This document shows positions 1 to 12,104 of a DNA stretch of 64,000 nucleotides, piece after piece. A model generated the notes under the pieces. The model was not told where the DNA came from, searched no databases, and saw nothing but the letters and a program-made list of their open reading frames with translations. The stretch is from the NCBI RefSeq assembly GCF_006345805.1, contig NC_043014.1, positions 52,638,001 through 52,702,000 of the forward strand, given 5' to 3'. Source of the stretch: Octopus sinensis (Eukaryota). Position numbers and translations under genes: made by a program. Numbering within the stretch: the stretch's first letter is position 1; each line of letters opens with the position of its first letter.

Positions 1-40
1 GAACCATGTGGTTTGGAAGTGAGCTTCTTACCACACAGCA
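1..40. mobile_element. Fragment of a common SINE-like interspersed repeat, truncated by the window edge
   Basis: gaaccatgtggtttggaagtgagcttcttaccacacagc resembles a repeat end I recognise from Octopus genomic DNA. From memory only. Confidence 0.35.
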
Positions 41-67
41 ACTTCTAGTTTATATATATATATAAAT

Positions 68-546
68 AATTTAAAAATAGGATAATATCTTTATAAGAAT
101 TTATCAAGTAGTTAGCGTGAAAAAACTGATAAGAGAAAAATTCACCAATTTTTTCTCTTAAATATATTTATTTATATTATATAGAAGGCATTACCATTCA
201 TAAATGCCACACGCTATGGGGGGACTCTTAAAGTCAAAACTACCAAAATAATTAAACACATCGTACCGAGTGCGAGGGAATGCAAATCTCGAAACAAGCC
301 ACTCCAAAAAAGAATTCAGCTGCAAATCACATGATTTCATAATTGGTACAGAAATGCACTTTTTAATCATCAGTGCAAGCATAATTCAAGATTTATAACG
401 AATGAAGAAAAATCAACATACCAGACGAACAACCAATGTATCTAACATAGCATATAGAAATGTTCTATATATATACTCCGGTTAAATTTACAATTTAAAA
501 ATAGGATAAAATCTTTATAAGAATTTATCAAGTAGTTAGCGTGAAA
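68..546 (+). repeat. 55-bp direct repeat pair (68-123 and 492-546)
   Basis: aatttaaaaataggataa(t/a)atctttataagaatttatcaagtagttagcgtgaaa occurs twice with 1 mismatch, about 370 bp apart. Confidence 0.85.
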
Positions 547-597
547 TGCAGTTCGAAAGAGCCCGTCATTTACATAGATGTATGAAGGTTGAACATA

Positions 598-605
598 TGC
601 ATATA

Positions 606-644
<39 letters not shown>
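598..644. repeat. (TA)n microsatellite
   Basis: Direct reading. Confidence 0.95.
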
Positions 645-648
<4 letters not shown>

Positions 649-927
649 AATTGCAGCGTGGAAGGTGTTTGTAAGCCATTTAAGAAACACACAAAAGCCG
701 TTCAATTCACTTCAACATTTAATTTGTCAAAATATTTTCGTCGCTTTAAGACCGCGACCTGTTCACTGACAAAAATCCGTGCAGCACGGATTTTTGTCAG
801 TGAGCGGGTCGCGGTCTTATAGCGACGAAAATATTTTGACATATTAAACTTAAATGTTGAAGTGAATTGAACGGCTTTTGTGTGTTTCTTAAATGGCTTA
901 CAAACACCTTCCACGCTGCAATTGTTT
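645..927. repeat. Foldback palindrome 1 (~140-bp arms, 1-nt loop at 783), possibly MITE-like
   Basis: 645-782 is the reverse complement of 784-927, with about 4 substitutions and a 6-bp indel. Apex: aaaaatccgtgc-a-gcacggattttt. Confidence 0.92.
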
Positions 928-978
928 CCGTTCCAGCACACGATCTCAGATCAAATCACTTGCTATGCGAGTACATCG

Positions 979-1193
<215 letters not shown>

Positions 1194-1284
1194 ATTTCAA
1201 CAATTGAGGGTAAAATTAATTAATTATTAATCAATTTCACCAAGTATTCAGTATGCAAAGGGACCATTTAAGGCGAATTCAAAT

Positions 1285-1687
1285 TATTACATTATATAAA
1301 AGGGCTTAGTAAAATAAATTACTTTGCCGCATACTGAACTCATTAGAAATAGTAGCTAAAAAAACTTTTTTAAAACTATTTCTAATACTTAAAGAAAACC
1401 TCTCTCATATAGTGTTTGCTCAATTCAACTCACGAAAGTATGGGGGTAAAGACATTAAAAAATCAAATGCAAAGGTTCTCAAATACGTTCTCAAATAACC
1501 TTTGGATTTGATTTTTTAATGTCTTTACCCCCATACTTTCGTGAGTTGAATTGAGCAAACACTATATGAGAGAGGTTTTCTTTAAGTATTAGAAATAGTT
1601 TTAAAAAAGTTTTTTTAGCTACTATTTCTAATGAGTTCAGTATGCGGCAAAGTAATTTATTTTACTAAGCCCTTTTATATAATGTAA

Positions 1688-1689
<2 letters not shown>
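1285..1689. repeat. Foldback palindrome 2 (193-bp arms, 19-nt loop 1478-1496), possibly MITE-like
   Basis: 1285-1477 versus the reverse complement of 1497-1689 shows 1 mismatch by eye. The loop region contains a tandem gttctcaaata duplication. Confidence 0.93.
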
Positions 1690-2092
<403 letters not shown>

Positions 2093-2699
2093 ACATACCT
2101 TTCAATTTTGTTCATGTTACTCATCTCTTAAATATTGTTGATGCTATTACTGTTATTATTGTTGTTTCTGTTGTTTATGGTGGTGGTGGTGGTGGTGGTG
2201 TGGTCGTCGTCATTATCGTTGTTGTTCGTACTTTTGCACTTGTTGCTGATGTCATAGCAACGAAGCGGAAATTATATTTCTCTTTGGCGAGAAATTTATT
2301 TCTCCTTCAGCTGCTCTTCGTCGGAGTCAACAAAATGCTGCCCTTGGTCGATTATTTTTCCCAAATCTGACATTTTTTTATAAATTAGAAAAATGAATAG
2401 AATCTTGTCTTCACAAAATAAAATGAGGAACAAATTAGTTACTCAGTTTAAAACATCACTAAACAGTTATGCCCGGAAATATAGCTACCAACAAAATAGA
2501 GGTGATTTTCGATCTATCAGCCTTTTATATGACAAATATATCTATCCGGAGAATAAGAAATCGGTGTCATGTCAAAAAGTCAACCCTCAACAAGCAGACC
2601 CGTCTCCTATTGTCACCGTCAATGCTTTAATGAAAAGCTATAGCTCATGCTGGGTTTTTGTCCGGTACAAGAAGGACCGCGTTACCCAGGGAGGAACCA

Positions 2700-2860
2700 G
2701 ATTGGTGTCGGAAAATCTGCTGCTAGAACATAGCCCTAATCCTAGACCTGTAGTGACACCACAAAAAACTACACCTAAAGCAAAAAGCATAAAATGGACT
2801 AGAGAGGATTATAGAGACGTGTTGAAAGCTTCCTCTACTGCCCAACTAAACACAAACAAT
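2700..2860 (+). mobile_element. Possible N-terminal fragment of an R4/Dong-type retrotransposon ORF
   Basis: KWTREDYRDVLKASSTAQLN within ORF 2393-2908 resembles the KWTREE...YY N-terminal motif of R4-clade ORFs. Single short motif. Confidence 0.3.
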
Positions 2861-3654
2861 ATTCTACTTCTGCTACTTCCTCTCCCCAAGTTTTCGGTCC
2901 TAGTATAGAGCTCTTATATTTCGTTCGCCCTAGGACGCTGGGTGTGTCTCTGCAAGTGGCTAGTACAAAATGCAGATTAAAAGTAAATAATAACAAGAGG
3001 ACTCTGTCAAGTGCAACACCAACGTCCTATCAACGGTCAGCCAGAGATAATTTTTTAAATGAGAATATCAAAAATTAAGTAAAAAACAAACGAAAAAATA
3101 ATCCAGAATCCTTGTCCGGTAACTGATCGATCCCAATGGTAGTCATGGGATGTGAAGGTGGGCGTGCGGGCCGTGTTTGTAATCCACTGATATGGTGTCT
3201 TTACAACCATTAAGGTCTATAGTGAAAAAATTATCGTGCGTGAAAGAAAACGGAAAGGACCTAGGTTCAACAATATCGGTGGGCACAAAAAGTCCGAGCT
3301 AGAAATGCAATTGTCAAGTAGGTAAGAAGTTTTAAACAGGAGTAATATATTCAAAATTGGTAAAACTAAAAATTGTCGAGGAAAAATTGAAATTATTATT
3401 GTTACTGAATATGTTAGTGTTATTTAATTTCTGAACGGTTTCGCTGCCGTTTGTTTATGTAGTTTGATTTCTTTATTCATCAGTTTCTACTAAGATAGAA
3501 ATACGAGTAAAATCAATAATAGAGAAACGAAAAAAAACTTTGGAAACAGCAACGCGTCCATAGCTTACGTGGAAACCATGAGCGTGCTTTCAAGGGAGAT
3601 AATCAGAGAAAGACTCGGAAGTCTGTAAGATGGCAATACTTCATATAAAGTAAA

Positions 3655-3855
3655 GTGAATATAACAAATAAGCCAGAATCTTTGCCCGATACCGGATTGA
3701 TCTCAAAATCTAATCAGTTCGTGCCAGTCACAAGGCCAAACATCCCTGAAAGTTTCATTCGAACCCATCCAGCGGCTCTTGAGATATCTTGTCCACGGAC
3801 AAACAAACGAACAAGACTGAAAATAATACCTCCGCATTCGCTAAGGCAGAAGATA
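3655..3855 (+). mobile_element. Interspersed repeat end with a degenerate terminal hairpin (non-autonomous DNA or Helentron-like element?)
   Basis: ccagaatctttgcccgataccggattgatctcaaa partially repeats 3102-3136. The segment ends in acctccgc-attcgctaa-ggcagaagat, an imperfect inverted repeat. Confidence 0.3.
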
Positions 3856-4732
3856 AAGCACTGTACAAGCAATTGAAAACGAATGAAAATGAAAATAGGT
3901 GGGTAAAGAAAAGAATGCATGGACAATTCAATAGGGATGTTGAAGATAAGACAGACAGAAAAAAAGATGGCTGTGGATGACTAAAAGTGATGTAAAACCA
4001 GAAACAGATGCTCTAATCTGTGCTGCCCAAGAGCAAGCACTAAGAACAAACTACATAAAATGGAGGTTAGACAACACATCAGAAAGTGATAAGTGCAGAA
4101 TCTGTGGACAAAACGGTGGAACTGTATGGCATATTACCAGCCAAGGTACGCCACTAGCCCAGAAGGAATATAAGAGATGCCCCGACAATATAGCCAGGTT
4201 TGTCCATTGGACACTTTGCAACAAGTATGCACTTGACAGAGCAAAAAATTGGTAAGACCACAAACCTGAAGGCATCGTTGAAAATGGAAATGCAAAGACC
4301 CTATGGATTTTATGATTCAGTGCGACCATGAGATACAGAATAGGAAGCCAGACATAGTCTTAATTGAGAAAGAAAACAAACTATGCTGAATCATAGACAT
4401 AGCATGCCCAGCTGACAACAAGGTATGCGATAAGAAAGAAAGAAAAGTTGATAGATATGACAGGTTAGCTTGGGAAGTTAAGCAGTTGTCAATGAAAAAG
4501 TAGGTAGTATTACCAATAATTGTGGGAGTACTATAGTAAGTAAAAATGTTGAGAAGTACATGGAACAAATAGGGGCTGCAATAAAGGTGGAGCACTTTCA
4601 GAAAACAACACTGCTTGGAACAGCTCAAATACTCCGGATGGTGCTCGAAAAATAAGAGGTGCTATCTTAGTTCACTGGTAGTGAACAGCTGACACCGTAG
4701 TACAGCTCAAGCATTAGAAGCTGTGCAAAGGC
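3856..4732 (+). mobile_element. 5'-truncated RLE-type non-LTR retrotransposon (R4/Dong-like), copy 1, degenerate
   Basis: Across frameshifts it reads W..KRMHGQF, KPETDALICAAQEQALRTN, zinc knuckle CRICG..TVWHITS, endonuclease RKPDIVLIEK..IIDIACPAD and KTTLLGTA. A 3'UTR hairpin gttcact-ggt-agtgaac lies at 4670-4686, followed by (TAA)n. Confidence 0.88.
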
Positions 4733-4783
<51 letters not shown>

Positions 4784-4813
4784 GATAATAATAATAATAA
4801 TAATAATAATAAT
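4733..4813 (+). repeat. (TAA)n/(TGA)n trinucleotide tract at the 3' end of copy 1
   Basis: Direct reading. Confidence 0.95.
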
Positions 4814-4819
4814 AGCAAT

Positions 4820-5580
4820 AGAAGAATGTCTACAGATGGAAAGAAAAAGTCTAATAGAGCATTTACAGAGCAGCACAGAAAAACTACTAAAGACAGTTGA
4901 CAAAGAACAGGTGATGAAACGTGTAATATGAGAAACGGACAAGAATGAAATACAAAGAGAGCATGTCAAACAGATCGAAGAGAAATCTCTCCATAGCCAG
5001 TTTTGGAGAGCCACTGAAGACGTATGTGGAACAGAGAGCCTAATTGTAACAGCCCAAGATCAAGCAATAAAAACAAACAGCTTGAGAAAAAATATATAGA
5101 GAGAGAATATTTCAGAAAAATGTAGAGCCTGTGGAAATTGGAACGAGGCAATGGCACACATTGTCACAAAATTCCCCAAGTTGGCACAGGAAGAGTATAA
5201 GATTGGAGGTATAACCTAGTTGTAAAAGTTTTACACTGAAAACTGTGCCAGAAATGGTAATTTGAAGCTGGAAACACATGGTACACTCACCAAGTCGAAA
5301 TATTGCTAGAGTCAGCGAAATGTAAAATTTTATGGAACTTTCCTATTCAAACAGAAAAGAAATTAGAAAATAATAAACTAGATATAACATTTATAGATGA
5401 GGAAAAGCGAAGTTACTTCCATATCGACCCATCGTGCCTGTTTCATTCCAGAATCATAACAAAAGAAGAAAAACCAAAAAATACAGTCCCTTGAAGTTTG
5501 AAATAAGAATTTGGAGCATGCGAACAATAAAGGTTGTGCCTATAATAAGTGGTGCATTGAGAACAGTAAGCTAAGATACA
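4820..5580 (+). mobile_element. RLE-type non-LTR retrotransposon fragment (R4/Dong-like), copy 2, more decayed
   Basis: EKSLHSQFWR, TESLIVTAQDQAIKTN, CRACG..EAMAHIV, KILWNFPIQTEKKLENNKLDI and KVVPIISGAL, with stops and frameshifts. Confidence 0.8.
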
Positions 5581-5729
5581 GAGTGCTTTATTATGTTAAT
5601 TTAACATAATTCCTCTTTAATATTAGGATAATTATTATAGAGACTTAGCAAATAAATATTCCGGGGGTAAAGATGCAGGTTGAATGGTTGGTGAGAAGAA
5701 ATGATTAACTGTTTCTGGTTACTGTATTC

Positions 5730-5732
<3 letters not shown>

Positions 5733-5762
<30 letters not shown>

Positions 5763-5915
5763 TGTATGTATGTATGTATGTATGTATGTATGTATGTATG
5801 TATGTCTGTCTGTATGTATGTATGTATGTGTGTATGTATGTCTGTATGTATGTATGTATGTATGTATGTATGTATGTATGTATGTATGTATGTATGTATG
5901 TATGTATGTATGTAT
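5733..5915. repeat. (TATG)n microsatellite
   Basis: Direct reading. Confidence 0.95.
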
Positions 5916-6129
5916 TCTTGTTATTGTCCAGTTTTATTTCAAGATTTCTTGCTAATAAGGAAAGAGTTTGTTTCTAACCTAGATTAAAGGCTCCTTCATT
6001 GGAATTTCAACATCAACATAAGGGTATTTTGTATGTATGTATGTATGTATGTATACGTGCAGATTTGTATGTTTTGCTTTATGTATGCATTTTCATGCAT
6101 ATAGTTGCATATCTAGAGATGCTCATATA

Positions 6130-6990
6130 TCAAATGATAAACTTCAGGAAAGTTTTACAGATTTTTACAGTTCCAGTGATGGATTGGATCAGTAGTCTTT
6201 GAATTAGCTTTCTCCTTTCTGGTTTTGAGAAGCCTAATTTCTCAAGATTGGTATTTAGGCCATGTATTACATATCCCAGGGCCCCAATAATTACAGGTAT
6301 AAACCTGAACTTGTAATCTGGATAGTGTAACTGCAGATTTCTCAATAGTTCAGTATAAGTATTCTCTTTTTCATTGATCTTCGGCTTTATAACATCCACT
6401 GAGCAGCTAATTTCCACAACTGTGCACATTCTCTCTTCTCTATTCCAAATCATTATATCAAGTCTTTTGTGCTTATACTTTATTGAGGTCTTCACTGGGA
6501 CATTTCACCAGTACTCTTTTTTATTATGACTGGCTGTGGCTTCTTGTCCTCATGGTTATCTTTCCAACATGTTTCATTATAGAGTGTCCTAGCTACAACA
6601 TCATGTCTCATCGGTAGATAATACTATGATGACATTTTCAGACAACTGCATATGATGTGTGTGATATCTTCAGTGTGAACTCCTCAAAGTCTGCATCGGT
6701 TGTCACATTTTACGGCTTTTCCTGTATCTCTGTTCCTTTTGTGCATCAGGTACTTGGTTGATATTTCCTGTTCCTGGATTGCAAACGCATACTCTTCAAA
6801 GTAGGTGGTAATAATCCGGCTATTGGCCCATGATAAACTGCTTTGATGATCGATGTTACTATCATCACGGAGCTTTCTACTGACATATTCGTGTATAGTC
6901 TTCTGCTCATCCTTTCCTCTGATGATGCATTGCAGTAGAGTTGTGCGTCTTCTTTGGGCATGTATTCTAGGTTATCAGACAAAGAATGTT
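6130..6990 (-). mobile_element. RLE-type non-LTR retrotransposon 3' fragment, second subfamily, copy 3
   Basis: Minus strand reads AIQEQEISTKYL, CRL*GVHTEDITHIICSC (CCHC knuckle) and YYLPMRHDVVA. ORF 6130-6495 has KRLDIMIW..VEISC..D..KENTY..FIPVIIGALG, a PD-(D/E)xK-like endonuclease. Confidence 0.82.
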
Positions 6991-7019
6991 ACTCAAGGAG
7001 CTGCCTTCCAAGTTTTATG

Positions 7020-7122
7020 ATGTGTGTGTGTGTGTCTTTCTGTCTGTGCGCGTGCATGTGTGTGTGTGTGTGTGTGTGTATGTGTGTGTGTGTGTGTCTG
7101 TAAGTATGTATGTATGTATGTA
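7020..7122. repeat. (TG)n/(TATG)n microsatellite
   Basis: Direct reading. Confidence 0.9.
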
Positions 7123-7127
7123 TCTTG

Positions 7128-7620
7128 GCTACTGCATTTTCAAACTCCTTATCAATGGTCCATAGATGTGCTCTTTCTCTTGTATTTTTCTAACTACATT
7201 CATGTCCAAGGGGCAACTGATTTCCACACCAGAAGAGGGTCTTTTCTTTGTAGTCTCACACAACAATATTTAGCCAGTTGTCTTTTTGGTGACTGTTTTA
7301 ATTTTCAAATTCCACCAATATTCTTTTGAACCATTGGTCTCAATATGGTCAACTTCATTTGTGGGTATTCTCTTTTTTGTTAATCCTATTCCAGACCACT
7401 CTGACCAATCTATCATGCCCCATGCTTTGTGGGAAGATAATATCTGGAAGACATTCTCTCACAGTTGGCAATAATGTGGCTGATGTGTTCAGTCCTGGTT
7501 TTGCAGAGCCTACATTTGTTGTCTGCCAATGTTTTCTGCCTTTTATGCTGGAGGTTATAGGTGGGGATCTCTTGTTCTTGGGTTGCATGGAGGTAGATTC
7601 AAAGTGGGATGTCATAAACT
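7128..7620 (-). mobile_element. RLE-type non-LTR retrotransposon fragment, same subfamily as copy 3, copy 4
   Basis: Minus strand reads MTSHFE, ATQEQEIPTYNL, CRLCKTRTEHISHIIANCERMSSRYYLP, HDRLVRVVWN, KEYWWN and EISCPLDMNV..KEHIYGPL. Confidence 0.8.
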
Positions 7621-7636
7621 AGTTGTTGCTCCATGC

Positions 7637-7772
7637 TGTATGTATGTATGTATGTATGTATGTATGTATGTATGTATGTATGTATGTATGTATGCATGTA
7701 TGTATGTATGTATGTATGTTGTATGTATGTATGTTTGTATGTTTGTATGTATATATGTATGTTGTATGTATG
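7637..7772. repeat. (TATG)n microsatellite
   Basis: Direct reading. Confidence 0.93.
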
Positions 7773-7964
7773 CCTTTTTCATGTCAGCTCCAGGCTCCAC
7801 AATAATGACGTTGGTTAACGTTTTTTTAATTTCCAAAACAGACTGAGTAGCATAGGGCAGTTTATCTACCTGGCCAGCTCCTGTGAACTGTCCTACTCAT
7901 GCATGGAAGGTGGACATTAACCGATGATGATGATGCAAGAGATTTTTAACTGATTTTAACTGTC

Positions 7965-9085
7965 TTTTTTTGTGTTAATTTCAAATTTGTAATCAGTTTT
8001 ATCCACCATGATCTAATTTTCTTGCTATTTGAAGATTAACTTTTTATAAATTCATAATTATATTCGACTTACTGAGATACATATATCCTACCTATGAAGA
8101 ATTGACAACAGTGGTTTTTTTCAGATCTGATCATGACTTCTTCAAGTAGACACAGATGTGTGTGAATAATCCTGATGGCTTCTGCTATGTCTGTGTAGCT
8201 CTTTCATGCTTTTTCCTCAAACGTGCAATATCACATCGTCTGTGAGACGGGATTATTAAGGTTATTTTGTAATTCCTCTTGGCCACCAAGACAAAAAATT
8301 GTTCCTTCATGTTGTGAGGAAATGCTTCGTGACTGGACAAAAGGAAAACAAAAGGGCCAACCATTTGGAGCTCCTATAGTTTGGCAACAGCCCAGGGACC
8401 ACACAGGTCACTGTTATTTGTGTATGGTCAACACAAAAGGCATTGGAAAGAAAAAAAACATATAAAATACCTTATCCCAATACTCCTTCAGCAATTATGC
8501 ACTCTGAGACACTCCTGATTCCAGTTTTCTTTGGATTTACCTTTTCCAAACAAGAGTATGAAGAATTTCAAGACACTTCTTATGGTAGTGAAAAACCAAC
8601 TCCTCAACCATTTGGCTAACAATACTATGATCTAGTGGGTGATTAGGGACTTTCTAAGACAGCAGCTGAAGTTCTAGCATCCAGGCTCCAAGTAAAATAT
8701 CTACTTGACCAAACTGCAAAAGTTTCTTATTTACTGGAACATTAAATGAGTAAGTCTACAAATGCAAGAGTTCCAAGTGCAAATTCTTGTCTGAATAAGA
8801 TCTATAATTTTCCATTCACAGCCTAACTCTTATTGTGGTGTACTAACTTGTATATATGAATAAAGTTAGAATCTCAATGCATAGATATTTAGGCCTTTTT
8901 TCCACCTAGTTTGAAGATAACATAACTAGAAAATTATCGGATGGATTACAGCATATCTCAGGAAATGCTTGAAATTTGGAAAATATGTAAAAAAAATAAA
9001 ACCTTAATTGCAAAACATCTAGAGCTTACAGAGAAAAAGTTCATATTTGAATTCAGCAAATTAGATAATACCAGTTGTTGGTATC
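7965..9085 (+). mobile_element. Internally deleted Chapaev3-like (CMC superfamily) DNA transposon remnant
   Basis: From the ATG at 8133: MTSSSRHRCVNNPDGFCYVC, then CEEMLRDWTKGK..PFGAPIVWQQPRDHTGHCYLC and GLSKTAAEVLASRL. Loosely inverted subterminal motifs lie at ~7975-8020 (ttcaaatttgtaatcagtttt) and ~9010-9060 (aaaagttcatatttgaattcagc). The catalytic region is absent. Confidence 0.65.
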
Positions 9086-9133
9086 TGTGCAACAAAAATT
9101 TGTTTGGTCAGTGTAATCATGTAAGATCTAAAA

Positions 9134-9447
9134 GAAGGGTTCTCAACCATTTTTTATCTATGGGCCCCCTTTAACTACCATTTTATTCTAGAGGATACCC
9201 CATTCAATGTTTAAAAACTAGTTTTATAGAAACTTCTTTCAAAATTCCTATTCTGTTTTTCAAATTAATTCATGTCGGCTGAACTGTGTAAAATGTTAGA
9301 GAAAGAAACCTCGCTGTTCTCTGCAAAACAAAAAAATACAGCAAAATTTTTTCAAGGACCCTTAAAATACTATTGTGGATCTCCAATTTACTATTTTATT
9401 GTGTGGACCCCAAAAAATCTTACATGGACCCTGGTTGAGAATCACTG
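9134..9447. mobile_element. hAT (Charlie-like) non-autonomous MITE
   Basis: TIRs gaagggttctcaacc (9134-9148) and ggttgagaatcactg (9433-9447). The flanking 8-mers atctaaaa and atctaacg resemble a decayed NTCTAGAN-type 8-bp TSD. Confidence 0.65.
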
Positions 9448-9887
9448 ATCTAACGAAACAGGAGTTACCTCCCTTTGCCCATTAAATTTCAGTCTTTCCA
9501 ATAAGTTTCCTACAAAACATTCAAAGATGTTCGTTCATCTTCAACGTAAAATATGTCAGTTTGTTCTTCAATTAAACTGACTTAATTTCACTGTATTTGA
9601 AATTTTATTTCATAACCTGCATATTCTTTCCCTCTCTCTCTCTCTCTCACTCTCTCTCTCACACACACACAAACACAGCTAATTTGGAAGGATTTAGATT
9701 AAAATAGTATTTAATATTGCATTTTACAGCAGGTTAGACATAACTTGTATCTCCCACAACACAAAAAATATATATAGATAAAGAAGTTTAAAAATATCAG
9801 CCTGCTTCTTATAAGAGAAATTGCAGTTTCTCATAAAGAAATGTATTGCTCAACCAAAAACAATTTTGCTTTGTATTGAGTTGTATG

Positions 9888-10200
9888 AGGTGCAATGACC
9901 CAGTAGTTAGGGCAGCGGACTCACGGTCGGAGGATCATGGTTTCGATTCCTAGACCAGGCGTTGTGTGTGTTTATTGAGCGAAAACACCTAAAGCTCCAC
10001 GAGGCTCCGGCAGGGGGGGGGGCGACTCCAGTTGTACTCTTTCACCCCAACTTTCTCTCACTCTCTCTTCCTGTTTCTTGGGTAACGCTGCAATGGACTG
10101 GCATCTCGTCCAGCTGGGGGGAACACATACACCATAGAAACCAGGAAACTGGGCTCATGAGCCTGGCTAGGCTTGAAACAGGTGCATAAATAAAATGAAA
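9888..10200 (+). mobile_element. tRNA-derived SINE
   Basis: Pol III A-box-like tgacccagtagttag (~9896-9910), B-box ggtttcgattcc (9939-9950), central gcaatggactggcatctcgtccag motif and an A-rich tail. Confidence 0.75.
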
Positions 10201-10417
10201 TTGAGTTGTATAGGGAACATGGGTGTAGTTCCATCTGTATTTCATGAACTGCCAAACATCTCTATGCAGACTAAAGCATTATTGTCCTGATGGCTTGCAA
10301 AAAAAATATCGCCATTTTTTCAATATTTAAATGACAAAAAATAATTCCATGAAAATCTAAATTTTTAAATATAATGTAATTATTCATATTCTCGTAAAAG
10401 AATGGTTGAATGAAACA

Positions 10418-10500
10418 AATCATCATCAGCAGCAGCAGCAGCATTCCCCTCCTATTCCTCTTCCTTCTCCTCCTCCTCCTTTGCATCATCATCATCATTT
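10418..10500. repeat. Mixed (CAT)/(CAG)/(CCT) trinucleotide low-complexity tract
   Basis: Direct reading. Confidence 0.85.
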
Positions 10501-10734
10501 TAGCTTTCACTTTTCCATGCATGTGTCAGGACGGTGGCTACTGGAGCAGATTTTCAAAGACCAGATGCTTTTGAAACAAAGAATCTTTCCCTATGGCCAA
10601 ACATATTTCCCAAGAAAATGGGAAATGAATGACACTGCTTGGATGACAGCAACACTTATTTACGGCAACCGTGCAATGTCGAAACAAAGAGACACCCCCC
10701 CCCACACACACACACATACACACACAGATGTATA

Positions 10735-10935
10735 CATATTTACATCTTTTTATTTATTTCAGTCATTAGACTGTGGCCATGCTGGGGCAGCAGTGCCTTG
10801 AAGAATTTTCGTCAAGTGAATCGACCTTAATGCTTATTTATTTTACTTTTTTTAAGTGTGGTACTTATTCTAGCAGACTCTTTTACTGAACTGTTAAGTT
10901 ACTGGGATGTAAACACGCCAACACCCGTTGTCAAG
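10735..10935 (-). mobile_element. SINE-like interspersed repeat fragment
   Basis: ttcagtcattagactgtggccatgctggggca...gtacttattct...ctgaactgttaagttactgggatgtaaac matches a very common Octopus-type repeat body that I recognise from memory. Strand is tentative. Confidence 0.5.
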
Positions 10936-12104
10936 AGGGAGACAAACAAAGATACAAACACCCAGCTTATCAGATACTGATGAGAAGGAAACCGATACAC
11001 ATGGACAAATTGCAAGAAAGTGCATTCAATGATTCATGCAACTTCTGCAACAAAAAGGAAAAAATTCTGTTGTCGACCGAACAAACAAGAAAGAAGAGGA
11101 CAGAAAAATGGTGATGGAAAAAGAACACACAAAAACTTCCATGTTATAGAATCAAGGAACAAGGCTCATACTGACTCAAAAGAAGAGAACTGTGATCCCT
11201 ACTACTGCATACAAATTTCAATCATGTGAAACGAAGCGTTTGCGACATTGGATGTCATATGTCCACAGAAAGAAACGGTATATAGCGGTCACCAGTTTTT
11301 ATAGCAGATGATTTTTGCTTGGTTGGCTGTTAGTGTTATGCTACTTTTATGTTTCCTATTTGGAAATGGATAAACATATTTTACTTTTGAAGCAGGGATA
11401 TATATACTGATAAACCCGTGACTTATAACTTGCTTATAAGTGTTATCATTATACATAAATCCTGACTCCAGCTACATAAACGCCATAGTGAGAAATATAT
11501 ACTCTGAAACGCTAACGGACATTTTATGCATGCATGTATGTTGAATATAAATAATTTCATCTTCTTTTAAGCGCTATAAAAAAAATACAGTTTCATAATT
11601 ACAGAAATACATTTCATTAATAAGTTGAAGAACATGAAGAAAGAGAAAGTAATTACTACATTATTTTATTTATGTACATTTAGCATTTTTAACATTTATA
11701 ATACAATTTGAAGTAAAGTAATTTTGTCATAGAGAATTACGACTTAAAATTTATGCTAACTAATTCTTCATACTAACTATAAAGATCTCAACAATTCAAA
11801 CAAGTCTTGTTGGATTTTTCATAGACATGGCATAAAAAAATAACCAATGTCTCAAAGGAGTGAGTGTCATGGAGTTTAGTTACATCCCACAAATTTTTCC
11901 CCAAAATCCAGGGTTTTTATTACTACTCAACTTGACTTTAAAGAATTGAAATCACATAAAAATATTCTTTAACTAATTTTCAGAATTCCTATAATAGCAG
12001 TTATTTCAACCAATGGGAAAATGACAATCATATTTCTCCGGCAATATGACATTACGTCATATTGCCAGCTGCCATGAATTGGTGCTACTACAGGTACAAC
12101 AATA

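Noticed and set aside
5701-7846. MYVC-repeat ORFs, and the poly-Ile ORF at 4667-5014
   Set aside because: Translations of (TATG)n and (TAA)n microsatellites.
9888-9965. tRNA gene
   Set aside because: A and B boxes are present but there is no complete cloverleaf, and the sequence continues into a SINE body and A-rich tail.
10406-10801. PolyQ/polyP/polyH ORF resembling a transcription-factor low-complexity region
   Set aside because: It derives from CAG/CCT/CAT microsatellites and runs into repeat fragments. No domain or splice support.
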